A stretch of 64,000 nucleotides of DNA from Lama guanicoe (taxonomy: Eukaryota). The DNA lies in assembly GCA_013239625.1 (NCBI GenBank), contig MU053810.1:2739518-2803517 (forward strand). Direction: 5' to 3'. The stretch's first letter is position 1. Each line of letters opens with the position of its first letter. A program made the translations under genes and the position numbers. This document shows positions 54,714 through 64,000 of the stretch, piece after piece. Below the pieces are notes generated by a model. It made no database searches. It saw only the letters and a program-made list of their open reading frames with translations, and was not told the origin of the DNA.

Positions 54714-56292
54714 AACCCCCACACTGGTCTCCATTGTCATTTGGATTTGCATTTCCCTGTTGACTGACTTTTCAAGTGACTTTTGGCCATTTGTATGTCT
54801 TCTTCGGAAAATGTCTCTTGAGGTCCTTTGCCCATTTTTTAATAGGATTATTTGTTTTTTTCTATTGAGTTGTATCAGTTCTTTCTGTATTTTGAAAGAT
54901 ATCAGATACATGGTTTGCAAATACTTTTTCCCATTCTGTAGCTTGTCTTCTTCATTTTGTTGTTTTATCTTCTTGAAGGATTGACCCTTTATCATTATAT
55001 AATGACCTTCTTTGTCTCTTGATCATTTTTAGTTTAAAATCAATTTTGTTTGATACATAAGTATAGCTAACTCTCCCTACTTTTTGATTACTGTTGTTTG
55101 AAATATCTTTTTTCCATCACTTCAGTCTCAGTTAACTGTCTTAATGGCTAAAGGCAAGTCTCTTGTAGGCAGCATATTGTTGGGTCTTACTTTTTTTTCA
55201 TCCATTCAGCTGTTGTTTTTATTTTGATTGGAGAATTTAATATCTTTATGTTTAAAGCAACTACTGATAGGGGCTTGCTTTTGACATTTGGTTAATTGTT
55301 TTCTGGCTGCTTTGTAGATCCATGGTTCCTTTTATTTAGTTTTTCTTTTCAGTTTTATTAGGTAGAATTATTACAGTTTGACTACACATATACATTATAT
55401 TGCATGTAAATACACATACAATATACTGCACATTTTTTTAGTTCACATATATGTACTGATCATTGTTTCTAAGAAAAGATTAGAGCTTTAGCTTTTTAAA
55501 CTTACATAGTTATCAAAGGAATAAAGCCAACCACAAAATAAGAGTCAATTGTTCCTTGTTTCTTACCCTGCTGCATTTTTCTGTGTTTTGATGTCTTTGG
55601 GTATCACTGCGCTTTGACTTCTCTATCATGTTCTTTTGTGCAGTTACTACAGTTTTTTCCATGTGGTTACATGAGTTTTACATGAAGTATCTTAAAATTT
55701 TAATGCCCTGCTTTAAACTGGTAACAACTTAACTTCGACAGCGTTCCTAAACTTGACACTTATGTCTGTTCTTCCTCCTCTGACATTTTAATTATTGATG
55801 TTACAGTTTACATGTTTTTCATATTGTGTCCAATAATAGGTTTTTATAGTTACGATTATTTTTACTTTTTTGACTTTTAGACTTGTATTACCATAGTACA
55901 GAAATTAATTTTGAATTTATATTTACCATTACCAGTGAGTTTTATGCTACCTTCTTACGGTTTTACGATGTTAGTTTCCTTTTACTTCCACTCAACTCCC
56001 TTTACCATTTCATGTAAGGCAGGTCTCCTGGTCATGAGCTCCCTCAAGCTTATGTTTGTTTAGGGAAATCTTTCTCCCTCCTTCATTTCTGAAGGACAGT
56101 TTTACCTGATACAGACTTCTTGGTTGACAGTTTTTTACTCTCAGTATTTCAAATGAATCATCCCATTCTCTCCTGGCCTGAAGTTTGCTTTGAGCAATCT
56201 TCTGACAGTCTTATGGGGGTTTCCGTGTATGTAACTTCTCTCTTTTCTCTTGCTGCTTTCAAAATTCTGTCTTTGACTTTTTAAAAAAATTA

Positions 56293-56438
56293 TTGTTTTT
56301 ATTTCTTCTTTTTCTTTTTTTGGAGGGGAAGGTGATTGGGTTTATTTATTATTATTTTTTAATGGAGGTACTGAGGATTGAATCCAGGACCTTGTGCATG
56401 CTAGGCATGCACTCTGCCGCTGAACTATCCTCTCCCCT
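56293..56438 (-). mobile_element. tRNA-derived SINE, Vic-1-like
   Basis: aatggaggtactgaggattgaatccaggaccttgtgcatgctaggcatgcactctgccgctgaacta, highly similar to the other two copies. Confidence 0.88.
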
Positions 56439-59400
56439 CTTAGAACCTTGTAACCCTATTCAGTTCAGCCTGTTTGGGGTCCCTTGGGCATCATGGATCT
56501 GGATGTCCATTTCTCTCCCCAAGTTTGGGAAGCTCTCAGTCATTATTGCTTTGAATGTTCTTTCTGGCCCTTTCTCTCTCCTGAAATTCCCATAGTGTGG
56601 ATATTAGTTCTTTTGATTGTGTCCCATAGGTCCTGTAGGCTTTCTTCACTCTTTTTCATTCTTTTTCTCTTTTTGCTGCAGTGACTGGGTAATTTCAAAT
56701 ATCCTGTCTTCTAGGCCATTGATTCTTTCTCCTGCATGTTCGAGTCTGATTTTTAAAACTCTGTTGAATCCTTCAGTTCAGTCACTGTATTTTTCAACTC
56801 TAGGATTTGGTTTCTTGGTTCTAAGGGTTTCTGTTTCTTTGTTGAACTTCCTCACTTTTTTTCTGCATTGTTTTCCTAGTTTTCGTTCAGTTGTCTGTGC
56901 GTTCTTGTAGGTCACTAAACTTCCTCAAGCGGATTGTTCTGAACTCCGTCACAGTTCATAGATCTGCGTTTCTCTGGTGTCAGTTATTGGAGCTTTGTCT
57001 GCTTTGGCGGTCTCATGTTTACCTGAATTTTTGTAATCCTTGATTCCTTACATTGGTATCAGAGCATTTGAGTAAGTGGGCTCCTCTTCCAGATTTGAAA
57101 GGCCCGTTTGTCCAGAGACAGTTTTTCCCTAGCCAGTCTCTTGACCCTCTGGGTGTGTCTGCTGGTAACGTTCTTGGGCGGGTGGGACCTGCTCTCAGGG
57201 TCTGTTCTGGGGCAAGGCCTGAAGCCCTGAAGCGGGGCGGGGGGGTGCTCTCAGAGCTGTTGGCTAAGACTGCTGGCTTGGTTCTCTGCCCCAGTGAGGC
57301 TGCAGGATGGGCTTTGCTGCTGCCCGGGCTCTCTGGTCGGGCTTACTGGACTGTCGGGACTGGGTGCTACACTCGGGAGTGAGCCGGGCTCTGAGTTAGC
57401 TTCCTTCCCTGGCCGAGCAGCAGGAAGGGACCCAGGGCTTGTACCGCTCATTGTGTAGGGGCCCTGATTAGGCCAGACTGTGCGCTGAATTCCCCGTGGA
57501 CAGGGCCGTGGGGTTGCTCTGCAGGCAGGGAACCACAGGCTGTGCTCTGTCTCAGTGCCACTGTCGGCAGGCAGGTGGGCCTCGGCTTCCCGTGCGCTCT
57601 GGCCCAGCTCCCTGGGCGCGAGGGCCAGAGGGCCGGCAGCTGGGCTCCGCGGCGGGCGGGGCCGCAGGTGAGCTTCGAGGCCCAGGTGGCGTGGAGAACG
57701 GGTTCCCAGGCCAGGAAGGCCCGGCTCAGGCTCTCGGCCCGCTGGGCCCGGGGGAAGCACTCAGCGGTGGGCGGGGCTCTGAACGAGCTCCCGGCGGGCA
57801 TTGCGAGGGCGGGCTCGGGGCCGACAGACGCCGCGTTTCCAGTCTGAACGGCGGACGCCCGGGGAAGCAGAGCCGCCGGCTGGGAGCTGGTCTTGGTTGT
57901 TAGAAGCCCTCCGCCTCCCCCAGCACGGTCAGATTCCCCTGCCGCCCTGTGGGGTGGGACTGGGGGAGGGTTCCCGTGAAGCAACCCACGGAGCTGGGTG
58001 AGGGCTGGATGTCTCCCCTGGGACCCTGGGCTCTTTCCCACCGGGGGAACCGCAGGCTTAGGGGAGCCCTCCTGGGTGGTGCTCCCTGGCCGGTGGAGGG
58101 TAGAGGGGTTGGGGAGGCGGGCGTGGGGGGCCGTGCGGTCAGCTTGCAGCGGCTCCTGTTACCCTGCTGATAAGGCCTGTCTTGGTGTGTGTGGTGCAGG
58201 GGTGCTTCAGCCTCACTCCTGTAGTCTAGGGCTTTCTCAGGGGCGTCTTGTCCATGAGTAGTTGCTAGTTGTTGTTCTTGTGAGGAGCGTGAAGTCAGGA
58301 AGGGCCTCTGTCACCAGCTTGGTGATACTGCTCTCTGGGCCCTTGTTTGGAGAAGATGAAGACTCTGAAGTTCCTTGATGCTTCGGGTCCGTTTGTTCCA
58401 GGAGCCTCTGGGTGCTTTGTGCTTTGGCATCAGAGGGATTCCATCCTGGAGTTAAACTTGCTCAGGAGTAGAGTCTGCACACGTGGGGAGCAAACCAACC
58501 TCGTGTCCAACTCTCCGATAATCACTGAGTGAGAGAAAGCAAGCTGCCGCAGTGCAAAGAGGAAAACCATCATGGCGGAGAGAAAAGGAAAATAAATTCC
58601 ACGTGGGGATTACAGCACGTTACTAAAGCAGTATTCATAGTCGGCAAAGATTAAATTCTTGTTTATACAGTGAGCTTTAACCAGCGGCCTTTAAGTAAAT
58701 GAGAAACCCCCATCTATCTGTGGTTCCTGGGTCTCTGAGTGCATGATCACCTGTGGGGCTTTGCAAACGTTCAGCCTTTACCCTAGATTTAACTGAACCA
58801 GAATATACTGATTTGTGTAACTGGCTCCTAGTAATTGAGTCGACGAAAGGAAAACTGGCTGCAGGCTTTTAGCTTTATTAAGGAGTGAATTTTAGGTTCC
58901 TGGGGAGGCTTTCTTTTTGATACACTAATGGGAAACGATTACCTGATTCTGGAAGCTCTCGTCTCTCCCGAGGCTCCGGACGCACCTTCCTCCAGAAGGA
59001 CAGGTGACTCGTCGTTAGCTGCTTCCTCAGTTTTCACCCTCTCCAACCAAAATACTACCTGGCCATGCACGTCTGTGTCTTAAACACGTGTCCTTTACCT
59101 TGGCTGTTCGTTTGTGTCAGTGTCTGGGTGTGAGTCTACGTGCTTTCCTCGCCTCTTAGGAGGTGCTGGGCAGCCTCACCCCCTCAGGGAATGCACCTGG
59201 GTTGTTGCTCTGGGGTTCCCTGCTGTGGCTGAGTTTTGCTCTGAGAAGTTTATGAGCAGCTGCTGCTCATTGCCCGGCACTGAGCCCTGGGAGGGGTGCT
59301 CTGTGTGGATGGGGAGGGGGGTGCCATGGTCAGGGACGGGTTACCCGTCTAGACTGTGTGCAGAAGTGCTGTCGGGGTGTGATCTGTCGTCGGGCAAGAG

Positions 59401-60849
59401 TAGGCACTGGGTACAAGTGCCGGGAAAACAAATCGCCGGGTGGTTTTCTTAAAAGCGCTCCGTCAACCGATGGGATGATGGCTGTACCTGGACACCCCCA
59501 AGACAGAGGCTCTTTGCGTTGTAGGCAAAGGGTGCCTTACAACTAAATGCAAGTTTGCTTTTAAAAGTAGGAGACGGTCTTTTGTTTTGAATCTGGGAAC
59601 TCTCAATGAGACAGATATTATTCATCTTAGTTTTCCTCACTAAAAAGGAAACATTGATAACATTGTCTCTTTGTATAAATTAAACAAGGGGCCTTTCAAA
59701 ATGAAATAATTGTGAACTTTTATAAACAGTTGAAAGCCATTAGATTTTCAAATAGTTTTTACCTTGTTAAAAAATTCATGCCAACTGTTTCCACTCACAG
59801 TCCCATCCCTCACCTTGTTATTGGCATCAAAGGAAACGCCTCTTTCATACTGATAGCTGAATGTTAACAGTTCTCTAAGTTCAGGAGAGACTTCTGAACT
59901 GTGAGCGTCCTTTGATTGTGACTTTAGTCATAAGTCTGTCCTAAGGAGCAGACCCCTCAGGAAGGCAGCGCTATTTCGTCCCAGCAGCTTTGGCCGCCCT
60001 GTCTCCCCCGCCCAGACCTCTGGCTGCTTTGGGCCTGGCATCCCACAGGCACAGGACTGTGGAACAATGTCCACAGTGTGTACACTCAGCTCCAGGTGCT
60101 GGTAACCCTGTTAGGTGCTGGCGTTACGTATTTTTAAAATGGCAAATGTTATCAAAACCACTTCTTTAAAAATCTGAAAACTTGGCTTGGCGTTAATTCC
60201 TAGTTGGCAGCCAGCGCTGTCCTTCTTGGGGTGTGTGTGCTGGTGAGGCCAGGCCCACCGCACACACAGGTCTGGGAAACCATGGTGGGCCTGGGAACTG
60301 ACCTGGTTTGAAAGGTTCAGGTGGGATCCTGTGGAGGGTTGGGAAGTGAGTCCTGAGTAGTGTGGGCCAGAAACAGCAGGGGTGTTTGCACCAAGTGGAG
60401 GCTTTTAGGGGAAGGAGCTGACAGATGTCGTGGCTGGTGCTGGGGTAGAGATCTGTGAGTGGGGTCTCAGCTCTCGGTTCTGTGGGAGGATATCTAACCT
60501 CTGGTTTCCTGATGAGGGCAGATTTCCAAGTCTGTTCAGTGCTGGATGTCAGGGAAGCACCCGGCTCCCTAGAGCAGAGGTGGGTGGTGGTTGGGGCTTG
60601 GGAACCAGAAAGCTGGTCCAGGCGGGCGGCGAGGAGGGGCCTGGAGAACGGGTCCTTGGGGACCCCAAGGTGTAAAGGGCAGGTGGGAGATGAAGCGTCT
60701 GGGTAGAGGTCTGAGGAGGGGCCGGGAGAGCCCCATGTTTTATTGAAAATTACATCCACTTCCTTAAAGCACTGGAGGCCGAGGGAAGTTGGAAGGTGAC
60801 ACCACCACTGGCTATCAGGACTGAAGACCAAACCTGAAAACGCCTCCTG

Positions 60850-62110
60850 GTCCCAGTGGTCAGAAAGGCCTGTGGTGACGTGAGCGGGAGCAGCTGGGTG
60901 GCGTGAGGAACAGGGGCAGGCGACAAGGGGGCCGAACCCCGTGTTCCGGGCGTCACTGCTGGGCCAGGTGAAGCCCCGGGGAAAGACGGCCCCTCGCCGT
61001 TGGCAGCAGCAGGCGCGCAGTTTCGACTGTGCTGGTGCCTTGTAAAGTTTAAAGCAAGACGTTCACTTTTTTGCTGAGCGAGTTAATTTGGTTTCCCTCA
61101 AATTCTGATTGATGCATCTGCTGTTTTTCACTTGGCTCACTTAACAAGCAGACGGATTAATTAGGAGGTTTTACATTTTTGGCACCGCCGCTGCTCCTGC
61201 TGCAGCGATCTTTCTGGTTCTCCCGCTCTCATCCCAGAGCAAGCACAGACAGGTGTTTCTGCAGCTGAACTCTTTCCTGTGCAGAGGATTCTTTGCACAA
61301 AATAAGGCGCACATTTTCTTTGCAAACTCTTGGCCAGGCCGGTGGTCCTCCTTCCTGGCCGGTTCTTCTCCAGCCCCGGCAGTAAAGGCGGAGCGTCTGG
61401 GCGGGGTTCGGACCTCGGTGCTCTGGGGGCGGGTCCCTGTGCTGCCTGGACCGAGAGCCCGCCCACCTCGGCGCCGACAAGCTGCTCTCGGGTCCTTCCT
61501 GGGCCCGCGGCCCCTCCCGGCTCGGCTCGCCCTCCTCCCTCCCGGGCTCTTGGCTGAAGCCCCGCAGCTCCCGAAGCCCGTGGAGGGCGACTCCCGTCCA
61601 GGGCCTTGCGGTGGCCCGAGCCTCTCCCAGCCGTGGGTCCGGTGGCCTTGCTGTTCAGCCCAGTGTGAGCCTTTGACATTTTAATCGCGGACGTAAAAGC
61701 TCGCTCTTGGGTTTTACTGGGGACTCAGTGCAGCGTCGCGACCTCGTAAACCGCCGGCTCCCCGCCCGCCGCTCTCACAGCTGCGCGCTTCTCAGGTTCT
61801 TGGGAGTTTCTTTACTTTCTTCTGATTTATGACCCACGTTTAACTCCTCCACCAGAATAGTCTTTCTCCATCACTGCAGCTCTGGTTCTGGTTTGGAGTC
61901 AAAGTCCAAGCCGAGACCAGGAAAAAGACACCACGCTCGCGGGAGGGTTCAGCCGCACCGCCCTCCCCCGGCCGCTTGCAGCTGGCTGCAAACGACGGGT
62001 TTCTTTGCTGCCAGGCGCGGGTGCCGAGCAGGGGGACGGTTTGGAGTTGACAGATCCCAGGATTAAAGCAAGTCTGGGTTCATTGAGTATATCCCGTCCC
62101 ACCCCAGGCC
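60850..62110. promoter_or_regulatory. CpG-island-like intergenic region
   Basis: Visibly high GC and CpG density with GC boxes (GGGGCGGG ~61425, CCCCGCCC ~61760). No recognisable coding exon or repeat. Confidence 0.5.
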
Positions 62111-64000
62111 CGAATCCTCCTCTTTCCTGTTTGGGAAAGGCAGCCCCACGCAAACATTTCCACATCCAGCTCTTCGATTCCAGTTTTTACATCACAGGAC
62201 AGACCTCAGTTTAGCCCAAGTGGAGAGTTCCACCCAGGGTTTCTTAGGCCAAGCCTCTTGAAAATGAAGGTAAAGCTGTGGTCAGAAGTCTGGAGGCACC
62301 TTCTGGTCACCGCAGTAACACCTGCCTTTGTGAGACAGACTGGAAGCAAGATAATTTGGGATCAACAATTTGATATTTTATCTTAAATTTTACAAAAGGT
62401 TTCTTTTTGAGCAATGACAGAAAACATGATTGTTCATTTTGCCTTGTACGTTAGGACGTAAAAATTCAAAGATGACTCCCTCATTGTCATCCAAATCTCT
62501 GTCCATTTCATTTTGGAAAAGTAGGATTTTTTTTTTTAACCTGAACTTAGCAAAGACGGGCTCAGCTGAGTTAACTCCTGTAATGATCCAGGAGACACTG
62601 ATCCTCACACCACGGCTTGGGGCGGTTTTGTACACGTGGTGAGGGCAACAGGCAGGCAGTCAAGTTCCTGCAGAAAGACTGGGTATTTTCATTCACTCCT
62701 GCAGCAGTTTCTGGAGTGGGAGGACGCAGTGGAGGGCGCAAATAAGGGGCTAGACTTGAGGGTCCCTGCAGCGCCACCGGAGGGAGGAGGGGTGTGGCCC
62801 GATCACCCCTCTTCCGCAGGGGGAAGTAACCGCACTGGGACCAGCCCGGCTCTCTTTACTGGACTTTCAGACACTAACAGCTTCCCCTGGGAATCAGATT
62901 GCTAAAGTGCTTTCCCTCTCTGTGTTCTACACGAAGCCATTCTTTTTTCCTCCAGACCAGAGGAAAATAATTGCAGCGGCTTGGTTTTACAGCGTGTTAA
63001 TTTAGTTCCCCAGTGAATAAAGTTGAAGGCTGAAGGCCAAGCAGTTTACTCAAACAGGAGGCTGGGACTCCTGCCAAGACAGTGGGGTGGCTTCCAGGCC
63101 AGCCGTGCTGTGTTCGGAGCTACAGGTGGACTCATGGGGCAGGGAGGCCTATCTCGTCTCGGCCAGCACTGAGCATCCCTGCCCTTGGCATAGGGCTTCC
63201 CCGCCTCTGGGGTCCCTGTACAACGCGGCAGCCCGGGGAGCCACAAGGGAGCCCGCCTGTTGAGGGCAGGAAGAGCCGCGGCAGGAGGCCCTGCTCAGAA
63301 TGGGTTCTGACTCCTTTGTGTCCCTGCAGCACAACGCGGTCAGCCACCCATCCTCCTGGGGGAGTTGGGAGACCCTCTGGGATCTCAGGATGGACCATCC
63401 GTTAGAAGTCCCTCACAGACGGGGTGCCTGTGTGACATGCTATCCCAGCTGGGTGCACGGAGACAGGATAAACTGGGACTGTCCTGGGCCACTTGGGACA
63501 TACAGTCACTCATGTGCTTAGACCATCACAATTTTAACTGTGCCATTTAAGTTATAGGAAGAATGTAAACTGCTAAAGCAAACAACTACAAGGAATACCC
63601 TAGAGATGTGAGTCAGGCTGATGGTGTTTTAAAGGGATTAGGTCTCCACTTTCAAAGGGGTGGGTGGGCTTGGCTTGGGGGTGGCGCTGGCACATACCAA
63701 GAGGCAAGAGGCATTTTTAAGGCATCCAGAACGTGGACAGGGAAAGGCTGCTTATGATTCATTCTGAACTGAGACGGGAATCCAGAAGAGTGAGACTGCG
63801 GGCCACTATGTTCCAGTTGAAACATATCTCGTCTTGTGGGTTGGGATGTTTGCCAAACACACGTGGATCAGTCCAGGAGACAAGCGTGCAAGGCCTGTGC
63901 CTTCGCGAACTGGCTGCTGGGCGGGAACCTGCTGGAACAGTCAGGGGTTTCACAAGGACAAATGAAAGAATGGGCTTGAAAATGGGGGTGTCAGCGGTGT

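Larger units (their letters stand above)
53832..58335 (-). mobile_element. Large antisense L1: L1MA-type 3' end (53832-~54970), ORF2 start / ORF1 remnants (~54975-57100) and GC-rich 5'UTR (~57100-58335). Most of ORF2 is missing.
   Basis: ttttattaaggtagaattgacatacagcactg 3' end, endonuclease-region text ttgaccctttatcattatataatgacc, ORF1-type text, and terminal gtcaccagcttggtgat resembling a decayed YY1 site at the L1 5' end. Confidence 0.8.

Noticed and set aside
57053..63953. Numerous overlapping 60-212 aa ORFs on both strands
   Set aside because: These are Pro/Gly/Arg/Ala-rich products expected from stop-poor GC-rich DNA. They show no recognisable domains, and part of the region is L1 5'UTR.
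58340..64000. Terminal exon of neighbouring DNAJC1 on the minus strand
   Set aside because: No matching coding sequence was found. It probably lies beyond the window.
1..64000. CRISPR arrays, operons or other prokaryotic systems
   Set aside because: The sequence is a spliced mammalian locus and has no regularly spaced repeat-spacer array.

Overview
Mammalian genomic DNA, not prokaryotic. The window holds the 3' two-thirds of MLLT10 (AF10, the DOT1L cofactor) on the + strand. I find 13 core coding exons from 1795 to the TGA at 52106-52108, plus one 48-nt cassette exon. All have GT-AG boundaries and splice into one continuous frame (2165 nt without the cassette). They encode the AT-hook, the octapeptide/leucine zipper (OM-LZ) and the Gln/His-rich C-terminus. 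A ~1.7 kb 3'UTR follows, with AATAAA at 53798. The N-terminal PZP exons lie upstream of the window. Introns and the 3' flank are filled with ordinary interspersed repeats (L1, L2, MIR, MER20, Tigger2/MER8, MLT1). Three tRNA-derived SINEs match my recollection of the camelid Vic-1 family, suggesting alpaca/llama/camel. Most ORF-track entries are spurious. I see no evidence of a new biological system. The best leads are a run of frame-symmetric mini-exons, an overlapping alternative C-terminal frame, a sharp AT-to-GC shift with CpG-rich patches, and a CpG-rich antisense L1 5' end facing the gene. Exon coordinates were read base by base. Repeat boundaries and subfamily names are approximate and come from recognition, not from a search.
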